Program-made: the position numbers and the translations under genes
Notes under the pieces: model-generated
The model's database searches: none
What the model was told of the DNA's origin: nothing
What the model saw: only the letters and a program-made list of their open reading frames with translations
Shown here: piece by piece, positions 1 to 9,163 of the stretch
Numbering within the stretch: position 1 is the first letter of the stretch
Layout: the number at the start of each line of letters is the position of its first letter
NCBI GenBank assembly: GCA_050946575.1
Contig: JBMNVB010000005.1
Span: 39,383-103,382 of the forward strand
Source: Anaerovoracaceae bacterium
Lineage (GTDB): Bacteria > Bacillota > Clostridia > Peptostreptococcales > Anaerovoracaceae
Reading direction: 5' to 3'
DNA length: 64,000 bases

Positions 1-83
1 CGGCTTCCCATCGCTGCCTTACAAGACCCGAGGCGCTCCCCTCCGGCCCGCCCGCTTCCCGCGGGATAAGTGACAATAAACAA

Positions 84-203
84 AGAGGCCCCGTGCGGAG
101 CCTCCGTGATTTTCGATCTGACTTCCTACGTCGGCATTATCCGCATCAGGTGAAGGGTCGAATAAATTCCTCTCAGCCCGCGTGCGCGAGCTCCCCTGTG
201 TTT
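84..203 (-). promoter_or_regulatory. TPP (THI-box) riboswitch plus intrinsic terminator; the regulated gene appears to start at ~11 and run off the window
   Basis: Minus strand reads CACAGGGGAGC..GGGCTGAGAGG..ACCCTTCACCTGATGCGGATAATGCCGACGTAGGAAG, matching the conserved THI-element cores. It is followed (84-106) by a GAGGCTCC/GGGGCCTC hairpin plus TTTGTTTATT. Confidence 0.85.
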
Positions 204-490
204 TTTTTATCAACAATGCAATAATACTATTAACAAATATATATTTCAAGTGAAAAATAATCCTTCACATTTGGTCAAAAACAAGTTAAAATTGGATTTA
301 ATTTAATACAATTAAAATGTAAACTCGGGAATTGGAAAATGCACAAGAATATGCCGAGATAATTTAGCCGGACATGAAAAGCGGAATGATGCTTAAACAA
401 ACATCAAAAAAATACTTTACAATTTACAATACCGTATGGTAAAATATATCGGGTATTAGATAATGAGTGTATATTCAGGGAAAAGATAAC

Positions 491-1660
491 ATGACTGATG
501 CCTATTTTTATACGTATTTATTTTTACTGATAGCCGAGATGATAATGAGTATAGTCATGCTCGGTAATCTGGACAGGAGCATCGGACGTGATTTTGAAGT
601 CAGGACCTTCAAGAATCTCATCCGAGTTTTTATGTTGTTCATCATAACGGAGTTTTTCTGGGTGGGGACGAATTCGGATGTGCTGCCTCTGTCGGAGAAT
701 ATCACTATCTTCGTATCGCTGCTGAACGTCGGTTCGATATCGACTGTGACTTATATCTGGTTCAAATATGTGCAGGCGAAGGTGCACCCGGAATTCGCGA
801 ATAATAAACTTGCGAATATTATATGGGCGCTGCCGATCGCCGTTGTTTATCTGCTCCGGATCTTCTCGATCAGGACTCACTGGCTGTTTTACTGCGTGGG
901 GAGCCATACATATCAGGGCAGATTCTATCCGCTCCTCGGGTTCCTGCTCATCGTCTATCTCGCGTACGCGACATGGATAGCCGTCATGAAAGGGCGCAGC
1001 GCTAAACTTTCTTCAGAAAGAGAAGAATACTACGCATTGATAAGATTCATAATCCCGCCCATCATAGCGCTGTTCATAGACGAGCAGGTATACTACACGC
1101 CGGTCGTCGGGCTCGGCGTGCTGGTCGGCATATTCATGGTATATGACCATACGATGAAATCGAAGATATTCAACGACGCGCTGACAGGGCTGAACAACCG
1201 CAGAAAGGCGGAAGACTTCATCGAGACATCCATCCCGAACGCGTCGACGGAGCACCCGCTCGTCATCTGCATGATGGACGTGGACAACTTCAAGAAGATA
1301 AATGATACATACGGACATAACGAAGGCGACAAGGCACTGATCATCATCAGCGAATGCCTGAAGGAAACGGCGTCTTCAAAATCGACGTTCGCCGGCAGGT
1401 ACGGCGGCGACGAGTTCCTTCTGATAGGCAGAAAAGAGTATTTCGGCGCTCCGAAAAAGTTCCGGCAGGATCTGGACGCGCTGCTGGATTCCATGTGCAA
1501 GTCGAACGGTATGCCGTACAGGATCTCGCTCAGCATGGGATGCGCGTATGTCACGGATCCGAATGAGTCCCGCGAGGAAGTCATAAGGCGCGCGGACGAC
1601 CAGCTTTACATGGACAAGCGGCGCCGGCAGAAACTTTCGTCGGAGCAGAAAATCGGATAG
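491..1660 (+). CDS. Membrane-anchored diguanylate cyclase (GGDEF domain)
   Basis: N-terminal multi-TM region, then DVDNFKKINDTYGHNEGD and GRYGGDEFLL (GGDEF motif). An alternative GTG start lies at 467. Confidence 0.85.
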   Translation: MTDAYFYTYLFLLIAEMIMSIVMLGNLDRSIGRDFEVRTFKNLIRVFMLFIITEFFWVGTNSDVLPLSENITIFVSLLNVGSISTVTYIWFKYVQAKVHPEFANNKLANIIWALPIAVVYLLRIFSIRTHWLFYCVGSHTYQGRFYPLLGFLLIVYLAYATWIAVMKGRSAKLSSEREEYYALIRFIIPPIIALFIDEQVYYTPVVGLGVLVGIFMVYDHTMKSKIFNDALTGLNNRRKAEDFIETSIPNASTEHPLVICMMDVDNFKKINDTYGHNEGDKALIIISECLKETASSKSTFAGRYGGDEFLLIGRKEYFGAPKKFRQDLDALLDSMCKSNGMPYRISLSMGCAYVTDPNESREEVIRRADDQLYMDKRRRQKLSSEQKIG

Positions 1661-1667
1661 AAAATCT

Positions 1668-1696
1668 GCAATGCCGTGAACCGGCATTGCTTTTTT
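1668..1696 (+). terminator. Rho-independent terminator after the GGDEF gene
   Basis: GCAATGCCG-tgaa-CGGCATTGC stem followed by TTTTTT. Confidence 0.8.
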
Positions 1697-1715
1697 AGTG
1701 GAGAAAGAGGATGTC

Positions 1716-2174
1716 ATGATAAGAAGAAGCAATGCCGCGGACTGCGGCGATATTTATGAGATGATCTGTGACATGGAGAAAGAGACCTTGGACAGGAACG
1801 TGTTCGACCTGATATACTTGGAACAGTTGAATAACGAAAATATGCTGTGTCTCGTCAGCGAAGACGGCGGCGGAGTCCGTGCGTTCATAAATCTGAGATT
1901 CGAGATGCAGCTGCATCACTGCGAGCGCATCTGCGAGATAATGGAGTTCGTCGTGAAAGACGGATACAGGGACCGCGGCCTCGGAGCCGCCGTGCTCGAA
2001 GCGGCCTTCCGCGCCGCCCGGGAAAACGGATGCGCACAGATAGAGGTCGCGTGCAATCAGCTCAGAGAAGACGCACACAGATTTTATATCCGCGAAGGCA
2101 TGAACAACTTCCACTATAAATTTTCCAAACGTCTTTCGGGCCGGGACAGCGGCGAAAACAGACTTGGCAGGTAA
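1716..2174 (+). CDS. GNAT family N-acetyltransferase
   Basis: GGAGAAAGAGGA RBS before the ATG. Acetyl-CoA binding-like core RDRGLGAAVLEAAFRAARENG. Confidence 0.75.
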   Translation: MIRRSNAADCGDIYEMICDMEKETLDRNVFDLIYLEQLNNENMLCLVSEDGGGVRAFINLRFEMQLHHCERICEIMEFVVKDGYRDRGLGAAVLEAAFRAARENGCAQIEVACNQLREDAHRFYIREGMNNFHYKFSKRLSGRDSGENRLGR

Positions 2175-2188
2175 ACAGAAAGGACCGG

Positions 2189-4177
2189 ATGGGGAGCAGA
2201 AAAGAAGCGATAAAAAAAGATTTCACAGTATGGAAGGGTTCCGGGCTGATCCTGATAATTATCGGCGTGTGCCTTACATTTTATTCGGAGGCGTCTCCGG
2301 CCGGCAAGGCGTTCTGCGTCGCGGCATACAGCGCAGCGGCTGTATTCTCACTGACGCCGGTCTCCCGTGACAGAGGGAAAATCATACAGCGCGTCCTGTT
2401 CGCGGTCTCCCCGTTGGCGTCATATTTCATACTGGAGATCTTTACGGGCGTCGGGACCGGAAACGCCGCGGCGAAGCTTTTCTCCGTGACCGGGGCCGTG
2501 AACATATTTATTCTCGTGCTCGTACTCTGGATGTGGTATGTGATCCTGAACAAGATCAAATCGGCCGCCGTGTGTGAGATCGCGTTCGCGTTCACGCTCG
2601 GCGGGGTGGATTACATACTCATAATGTTCCGCGATTCCCCGCTGCTCGCGCACGACATCGCATCTGCCGTGACGGCGGCCGGCGTGGCCTCGAATTATTC
2701 TCTCGTCCTGTCCGCTTCGGCCGCTTACTGCATGACGTTCGCGATAATATACCTCGCGGTGCTTGCATCAATGCACGGATACAGGAGCATCGACCGGCGG
2801 CGCCGGCTCGCGTGCTGCGGCCTTTTCCTCTGCGGGGCATTGATGCTTGCAGGCGTGATGACGGGCACGAACGCGATAGGGAAAACGGAGATATCCGGCA
2901 TTGATATAACCGGAAGTTTCAAAAAGAACGGGACGGCGCTGTCCTTTGCGATGAGCGTAAGGGACGCGAAGGTCGAAAAACCGGAAGGGTACAGCGTCGC
3001 AGCCGCGAAAGAGGCGGCGGAAGGATACAGGTCGGACAGTGCCGGGACCGGACTGACCGTGTCGGAGGAGCATCCGAACGTGATCGTGGTGATGGACGAA
3101 TCGTATGCGGACCTCAGTTATCTCGGGCAGTTCGATACGGCGCAGGACTATGCGCCGTTCTACAGGAGCCTGAGTGAAAATACGATCAAGGGCACACTGC
3201 ACACGTCGGTGTTCGGCGGGAACACGGCAAACACTGAATACGAGTTCCTTACCGGGAACAGCCTCGCATTCATGCCGCTCCATATGGTGCCGTTCAACTA
3301 TAAGGCAAAGGACGGTACGCCGTCTGTGGCCCGTACGCTCGCGGCGCAGGGATACGGCGGCGACATAGCGTTCCACCCCGGCAGGGAAAGTTCATATAAC
3401 AGGAACGATATATATCCCGCATACGGATTCAAAAAGGCGATGTTCCTGGATGATGCCGCGAGCAGCGAAATGCTGCGCGCCTATCTTTCGGACAGATCGG
3501 ATTTCGAAACAATAATGAGCGAATACGAAAAATACAGAAGCGGCGGAGCGTCTGATCCGTTTTTCATGTATAACATCACCATCCAGAATCACAGCGATTA
3601 CAATGATGCGAACGGCAGGGTGAGCGGCGCCGATTATCTCAGCGGAGATCTCTCCGGCTGCGAATCGACGGAGCAGTACCTGAAGCTAGTAAGGAAGACC
3701 GACGACGCGCTGAAGGACCTTATCACGTATTACGAAAAAACGGATGAGCCGACGGTAATAATCTTCTTCGGCGACCATCAGCCGATGGTCGATGAAAAAT
3801 TCTATGACGAGGTCCTCGGAAATACAGACGGGAACATCGAAAAGGAGGAACTGAAATACCGCGTTCCGTTCATGATCTGGGCGAACTACGATATACAGGA
3901 GGAAAGCGGCGTGCAGATCTCCGCGAATTATCTCGGGTCGTATCTCCTCGATAAGATCGGAGCGCGCATGACCGGATATGATAAATACCTTCTGGATCTT
4001 TACCGGAAAGTCCCCGTGATAACATCCGTCTGCTATATGGGAGATGACGGGAAAATCAGGGAGCGCGGCGAAAAATCGAAGTACAGCCAGTACCTGCGTG
4101 AATATCAGATCCTGCAGTATAACAATACAGTGGATGCGGAAAACAGGATCGGCGGATTTTTCAGACTGCGCGAGTAA
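2189..4177 (+). CDS. LTA synthase family protein (LtaS-like sulfatase-fold membrane enzyme)
   Basis: Five or more N-terminal TM helices, then an extracellular sulfatase-type domain (VIVVMDESYADLS, GGNTANTEYEFLTGNS, FFGDHQP). Confidence 0.8.
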   Translation: MGSRKEAIKKDFTVWKGSGLILIIIGVCLTFYSEASPAGKAFCVAAYSAAAVFSLTPVSRDRGKIIQRVLFAVSPLASYFILEIFTGVGTGNAAAKLFSVTGAVNIFILVLVLWMWYVILNKIKSAAVCEIAFAFTLGGVDYILIMFRDSPLLAHDIASAVTAAGVASNYSLVLSASAAYCMTFAIIYLAVLASMHGYRSIDRRRRLACCGLFLCGALMLAGVMTGTNAIGKTEISGIDITGSFKKNGTALSFAMSVRDAKVEKPEGYSVAAAKEAAEGYRSDSAGTGLTVSEEHPNVIVVMDESYADLSYLGQFDTAQDYAPFYRSLSENTIKGTLHTSVFGGNTANTEYEFLTGNSLAFMPLHMVPFNYKAKDGTPSVARTLAAQGYGGDIAFHPGRESSYNRNDIYPAYGFKKAMFLDDAASSEMLRAYLSDRSDFETIMSEYEKYRSGGASDPFFMYNITIQNHSDYNDANGRVSGADYLSGDLSGCESTEQYLKLVRKTDDALKDLITYYEKTDEPTVIIFFGDHQPMVDEKFYDEVLGNTDGNIEKEELKYRVPFMIWANYDIQEESGVQISANYLGSYLLDKIGARMTGYDKYLLDLYRKVPVITSVCYMGDDGKIRERGEKSKYSQYLREYQILQYNNTVDAENRIGGFFRLRE

Positions 4178-4239
4178 TCACCCCGCGGCGGTCTTGACGG
4201 AAAATCGCAAAAGGGGTATGCTTATTATCGGTTGACGAG

Positions 4240-4445
4240 ATGAAATTCGCAGGAAAGTGGCATTGCGCCCGCCGAAGGAGTAAAACTCTCAGGTGTCCGC
4301 GGCCGGACTGAGCTTATCGTCCGGGGATGAAAACTGTGGATGGATCGTCGCTCTGGAGAAGTCCGGCATCTAAGCCGGATGCCGAAGGTGCAACGCGCGC
4401 TATTAAGCGCGGCGAATCTCTCAGGCAAAAGGACAGAGCAGAGAA
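4240..4445 (+). promoter_or_regulatory. Tandem glycine riboswitch (two aptamers)
   Basis: Aptamer 1 (~4248-4312): GGAAAG..CGCCGAAGGAGTAA..CTCTCAGGTG..GGAC. Aptamer 2 (~4351-4440): CTCTGGAGAA..TGCCGAAGGTGCAA..AATCTCTCAGGCAAAAGGACAGAG. Both match the conserved glycine-aptamer cores. Confidence 0.85.
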
Positions 4446-4737
4446 CATGTACCCGCGGGCCGCGGGATGCGGCCGCCTGAAAACAATTCTGCCTTTATGT
4501 CCAAGACTGATACGGATCGCCGCGGCGTTCCGTTTTTCATTTTGAGAAAGCGGACATCCTCCCACGCAGCGCGTGGATCAGAGGCGCTTCCCGTAAAGAT
4601 GCCGGCGACAAAATCACCCCGTCATTTATTGCATAATGACAATGCGCTCCGCGGTATTCGGGGCGCACAAAAAACACAGCCGCGGTCCATGCCGCGGCTT
4701 TCCGCATTTCAGAAAAATACCGGCCCTGCAAAAAAAT

Positions 4738-4799
4738 ATTGCTAAATACTTTAGACTCGTGATATAATTTTTACATTAGTTGACAATTATCAACTAAGT
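4738..4799 (+). promoter_or_regulatory. Putative sigma-A promoter (TTGCTA-18-TGATATAAT) followed by the 22-bp palindrome TTAGTTGA-CAATTA-TCAACTAA
   Basis: Extended -10 at 4761-4769. Perfect 8-bp inverted arms at 4778-4799, about 50 nt upstream of the GNAT gene. Confidence 0.5.
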
Positions 4800-4850
4800 G
4801 CGGGCTATTTGCCGCAGGTAAGTTATAACTCGGAAAAGGGACGGAGTAAG

Positions 4851-5414
4851 ATGAGAAAACTGCCATTTGATTATGAGGCCGTCAGAAAGGACGGGACGAA
4901 GTGCGTCATGGAAATCAGACGCGCTGTACCGGCGGACCTCGATGAGGTGATGGTCCTGCAGAACTATGTGTTCTCGGGAGTGCCGGCAGGGGACTTCGCA
5001 TTGACGACGGAAGATGAAATCCGCGAATCGCTGCGCGAGGATTTCTGCCTCGTCGCGACTTGCAGGAAATCTATAGTCGCATTCACGCTTCTCGTTCTCG
5101 GACGCGACTCGTACAGGAATTACGGTACGATGCTCGGATATACAAAGGAGCAGCTCGCAAAAAGCGTTTCGTTCGACACATCGTTTGTGTCGCCGGATTA
5201 CCGCGGATTCGGACTGCAGAAACTGTTCTATGCCCTCAGAGAGGAATATGCCGTCGACTGCGGTGCGGAAAAAGGATTCGCGACGGTGGCGCCTACGAAC
5301 AGCATCAGCCTTGAAAACACGAAGCAGCGCGGTTTCAGAGAACTGACAAGGAAAAAGATTTACGGCGGACTTGAAAGGATAATCCTGGAAAAGGATATCG
5401 GAAAACCGGATTGA
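4851..5414 (+). CDS. GNAT family N-acetyltransferase
   Basis: AAGGGACGGAG RBS region then ATG (MRKLPFDY). Motif FVSPDYRGFGLQKLFYALRE is typical of GNAT motif A. Confidence 0.7.
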   Translation: MRKLPFDYEAVRKDGTKCVMEIRRAVPADLDEVMVLQNYVFSGVPAGDFALTTEDEIRESLREDFCLVATCRKSIVAFTLLVLGRDSYRNYGTMLGYTKEQLAKSVSFDTSFVSPDYRGFGLQKLFYALREEYAVDCGAEKGFATVAPTNSISLENTKQRGFRELTRKKIYGGLERIILEKDIGKPD

Positions 5415-5576
5415 CCGCATGACCGCGGTGATGCAGGCTGACCGCCTGCATATTTTTTTTCGGATGTAAAATCCGGTCCGCCATGTACACAGCGTGCTTG
5501 ATATAAACGCGGCCGTGTGTGATAATATATCTGATTTAATGAAGCGGCATCCGGCCGCAGGGGGGATTATAGATTT

Positions 5577-7118
5577 ATGAGAACTGAAAGAAACCGTGAG
5601 ACGCCCGGAGTTTCGGGCGCCCCGCGCAGCCGCAGGAAAAGAAAGAGCGGAAAGCGGAAACTTTTCGTCGTTCTTATAGTACTCGCAGTACTCATTGCTG
5701 GCGCGGGGATATACGCATACTCTTATGCCGCGTCTGCCGTATCGGACGCCGGCGGCGCGATCCTTAACGGCGTGAGCATTTCAGGCATTGATGTCGGAGG
5801 GATGACAAAAGATGAAGCGAAGAGCAAACTGGACGGACGCATATCCGATTCAGAAGACGCCGTCATTTCGCTGAAGGCTGGAGAGCGCGTCAGGAAAGTC
5901 ACATACTCTTCCTTTGATCCGGAATATGACTCGTCGCAGGCCGTGAGCGCAGCATATGACGTCGGCCGGAAGGGAAATCCGTTCAGAAGATATATCGAGG
6001 TTAAGCGCGCCGAGAAAAACGGGGAGGACATCAGTCTTTCGGTCTCTGTAAAAAAATCGAAGATCAGGAGCGTTCTCAAAAAGAACGAATCGAAGCTCGT
6101 CAGCACGCCGGTAAACGCGTACATCGTCGAGAACGACGGTAAGGGCGAGATCGTAAAAGGCAGGAAGGGCCATAAGATAATCTACGCTTCGTCGATCGAA
6201 GCGGTGAACAAGGCCGTTACGGCCGACTGGACAGGGAAAGACAGGACGGTCACGCTCAGTACGAAGAAGTCCGATCCCGATATCACGGCGTCGGATCTTA
6301 AGGGCCTTACGGATATAATGGGGACGTATCAGACGAGTTACTCGGGCAGCACGTACGGAAGATGCAAAAACATTGAAAACGGAGCGTCCATACTGAACGG
6401 CACGATCGTTGAGCCGGGCGAGGAGTTCTCCATGTATAAGACGGTCACGCCGTTCTCGCCGGAGAACGGATACTATCTCGCGGGAACGATCGTTGGCGAA
6501 AAGCACATCGACGATTACGGCGGCGGGATATGCCAGGTGTCGACAACGCTGTATAACGCCGTCATACGTTCCGAGCTCAAAGTTACGGAGCGTCACAATC
6601 ATTCACTGATGATCGGATATGTGCCGGTGTCCGCCGACGCGTCTATCGCAAGCGAAAATTTCGATTTCAAATTCAAAAATAATAAGGACGATCCGATATA
6701 CATTTACGCTCAGGCGGGAGGCGGCTCGATAAAGATCACGATATTCGGGAATGACAAGCGTCCTTCGAACAGGACAGTTGAATTCGAGTCCGTCGTCGTG
6801 AACTATATACCTTACGGCACGAAAGTGATAAAGAAGGACAATACGCTTGAGGCGGGGAAGAAGAAGATCGACACGCCGGGACAGACCGGCTGCAATGCCC
6901 AGCTGTGGAAAATCGTCCTCGTAAACGGGAAGGTGAAATCGCGCACGAAGTTCAATACCAGTCACTACAACAAGGTCGACCAGAAGGTGATACTCGGGAC
7001 AAAGAAGAAGACCACGACCGATACGAAGACCGACAAGACTGACACGACGACAGACAGCAGCAGTGACAGCAGTGATGACACGACCGATGACAGCACGGAT
7101 GATTCGTCGGATTCCTGA
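5577..7118 (+). CDS. VanW family protein with C-terminal G5 domain and acidic Thr/Ser/Asp tail
   Basis: N-terminal TM anchor, VanW core (GGGICQVSTTLYNAV), a G5-like segment (TPGQTGCNAQLWKIVLVNGKV) and a low-complexity TTDTKTDKTDTTTDSSSDSSDD tail. Confidence 0.8.
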   Translation: MRTERNRETPGVSGAPRSRRKRKSGKRKLFVVLIVLAVLIAGAGIYAYSYAASAVSDAGGAILNGVSISGIDVGGMTKDEAKSKLDGRISDSEDAVISLKAGERVRKVTYSSFDPEYDSSQAVSAAYDVGRKGNPFRRYIEVKRAEKNGEDISLSVSVKKSKIRSVLKKNESKLVSTPVNAYIVENDGKGEIVKGRKGHKIIYASSIEAVNKAVTADWTGKDRTVTLSTKKSDPDITASDLKGLTDIMGTYQTSYSGSTYGRCKNIENGASILNGTIVEPGEEFSMYKTVTPFSPENGYYLAGTIVGEKHIDDYGGGICQVSTTLYNAVIRSELKVTERHNHSLMIGYVPVSADASIASENFDFKFKNNKDDPIYIYAQAGGGSIKITIFGNDKRPSNRTVEFESVVVNYIPYGTKVIKKDNTLEAGKKKIDTPGQTGCNAQLWKIVLVNGKVKSRTKFNTSHYNKVDQKVILGTKKKTTTDTKTDKTDTTTDSSSDSSDDTTDDSTDDSSDS

Positions 7119-7141
7119 AGCCGCAAGTGACCCGGAAGCAG

Positions 7142-7179
7142 AAAATAAAAGGCGGGGCCTGAGCCCCGTCTTTCAGTTT
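7142..7179. terminator. Bidirectional terminator between the convergent VanW and S8 protease genes
   Basis: GGCGGGGC-ctga-GCCCCGTC hairpin flanked by an A-run upstream and a T-run downstream. Confidence 0.7.
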
Positions 7180-7186
7180 ACGGATC

Positions 7187-9079
7187 TTATTTCAGTTTGA
7201 ATGCCACCGGATTTGAGATCGGAGCGTATATCGTCTTGCTTCCGGATTTTCTTATCGCCCGCACCCTGTAGTAGTACGTCACGTTACGCTTCATTTTCAT
7301 TCGCAGGGATGTAGCCGGCCGGTTCACGGTGACTTTTTTATACACATTCCCGGTGGATGATTTTGACTTGCATACGTAAATCTGATACTGTGTAGCGTTC
7401 GGGACGCTTGCCCAGTACACTTTCACATAATAAGTCGAGTATTTTTTCACGGACTTTACCTTGCCCTTGTTCATGGTATACATCCATGAGGAATATACCG
7501 GAGCGGAGTTGCCGTTCGCGTCTCTTGCAATTACCCTGAACTGATATTTCGTCCCGAGCGAGAGGTTCTTCGCCGTGCATGTTGTGGTCCCGCTCTCCAC
7601 ATTCGAATCGACAGAATGGAACGTTCCGCCGTACTTACGGTACTGCACGGAGTATGAAGTCGCGTCCGACGTGCCCGTCCAGGATATTTTGATCGTCCTG
7701 TATCCGGTCAGAGCGATGCTCACGTCGCTTACCGGTTCGACATAGGCTGATTTCACTGCCTTGTAAGCGTTGATGAGGCCGCTGCCGAAATAAATATCCC
7801 ATCCCGACGTTCCGAGATCTGTCGCTGTCGACTCCACGATGTCCATGACCTGGTAATTCTTGAGGTCCGGATTCGCGGACCGGACGAGGGCCGCGACTGC
7901 CGTAGCACACGGCGTGGCCATGGACGTTCCGCTCATGGATATATAACTGCTTGTCGAACCGCCGGTATAGTAAGTGGAAAGCACGTCTTCTCCCGGAGCG
8001 GCGACATCTATATATTTGTTGTATTTTGAGAAACTGGAATGTTTATTATTAATATTCGTGGATCCGACGGCTAATACATAACTCAGATATGCAGGACTGT
8101 CTACAATATATGCATCTTCATAATAGACTATATTTCCGTTGGCGGCGCAGAAAACGATATCATAATTCGAATAAGCCTGTTTTATTGCACTGGCAAGCAG
8201 GCCGTCATCTTCAGAAGCATCTCCTCCGAAGCTCATATTTATCACTTTCGCTCCGCTTTGCGCGGCGTAGTTCACCGCATTGATGATATCCGCGTCATAC
8301 ATATTCTCTCCGTCTTCGCTGACGCCGCAGACGAACAGGTCGATGACATCGTTATTCGTCCCGGCAGCGATCCCGGCGCCGCCCAGCTGGTTATTATATG
8401 TCATATTAATGATGCCGCAGACGTGTGTGCCGTGATCCGAACCAGCGGAAAGTTCCCCTTTAAATTCAGACGAGGTCCCGTTCACGAATGTCCTTGAAAG
8501 AGCGGTGTCTATAGTGAGATCCTCGTGATCCGTCTGGCATCCCGTGTCTATGACACAGACCTTCACGCCCTGCTCATAACCGTTCGTATCCATGTAGGAC
8601 CAGGCGCTTTCGGCGTTTACCTTGCCGAGCTGCCAGCATTTTTTTGCTTCCTGAGTGCAGTAGGGATCCTTAGTCGTATCATCCACTGTATATGTATAGT
8701 TAGGCTGCACGTAGACCGCTCCGTCGGCGTTCTGCATGTCCTTCAGCGCTTCTTTTACGTTATCGGTGCTGACCGTGGCCAGCTTCGATCCGTCGAGCTG
8801 CGTCGTTACCGTTTCCGCAGAATAACCCTCTTCTTTTGTTTCCTGTTTTACCTCGGATTTCGATGTCGAGTCATCGAACAGGACCAGCACCTCGTCATCC
8901 GAGTACTCCTTTCCCTTTGTCAGCTCGCTGACCGACGGCTGCTCGGAAATGACCGAAGTCTGACTTTCCGATGATGCGGCTGTTTCGGCGTGCGCATAAG
9001 GAAGCGCTGCCGGCGTGAATGCCACCAGCATTACCGCCGATGTCACGACAGCGAGTATCTTGCTCTTCAATTTGTTCAT
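7187..9079 (-). CDS. Secreted S8 (subtilisin-like) serine peptidase with two C-terminal FN3-like domains
   Basis: Signal peptide MNKLKSKILAVVTSAVMLVAF. Catalytic triad motifs VIDTG, HGTHVCG, SGTSMATP. C-terminal repeats resemble FN3 (ISWTGTSDATSYSVQYRK..; VYWASVPNATQYQIYV..). Confidence 0.9.
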   Translation of the reverse strand: MNKLKSKILAVVTSAVMLVAFTPAALPYAHAETAASSESQTSVISEQPSVSELTKGKEYSDDEVLVLFDDSTSKSEVKQETKEEGYSAETVTTQLDGSKLATVSTDNVKEALKDMQNADGAVYVQPNYTYTVDDTTKDPYCTQEAKKCWQLGKVNAESAWSYMDTNGYEQGVKVCVIDTGCQTDHEDLTIDTALSRTFVNGTSSEFKGELSAGSDHGTHVCGIINMTYNNQLGGAGIAAGTNNDVIDLFVCGVSEDGENMYDADIINAVNYAAQSGAKVINMSFGGDASEDDGLLASAIKQAYSNYDIVFCAANGNIVYYEDAYIVDSPAYLSYVLAVGSTNINNKHSSFSKYNKYIDVAAPGEDVLSTYYTGGSTSSYISMSGTSMATPCATAVAALVRSANPDLKNYQVMDIVESTATDLGTSGWDIYFGSGLINAYKAVKSAYVEPVSDVSIALTGYRTIKISWTGTSDATSYSVQYRKYGGTFHSVDSNVESGTTTCTAKNLSLGTKYQFRVIARDANGNSAPVYSSWMYTMNKGKVKSVKKYSTYYVKVYWASVPNATQYQIYVCKSKSSTGNVYKKVTVNRPATSLRMKMKRNVTYYYRVRAIRKSGSKTIYAPISNPVAFKLK

Positions 9080-9163
9080 ATTGGAAACTCCCCCTTGTAT
9101 CTGCAATTTTATAATACCGGTCCGCAAAGGTCAATATAAGGTAGGAAGTTTGTTGGTCGTGTG

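Noticed and set aside
1-11. Start codon (CAT at 9-11, minus strand) of the gene regulated by the TPP riboswitch
   Set aside because: Only three codons lie inside the window, so the product cannot be called. It is presumably a thiamine biosynthesis or transport gene.
4447-4745. Small ORFs downstream of the glycine riboswitch: a 32-codon ORF from 4447 and a 92-aa ORF at 4467-4745
   Set aside because: Both are Arg/Pro/Cys-rich with atypical composition. The RBS is weak or mis-spaced, and the ORFs are crossed by hairpins. There is not enough evidence to call a gene.
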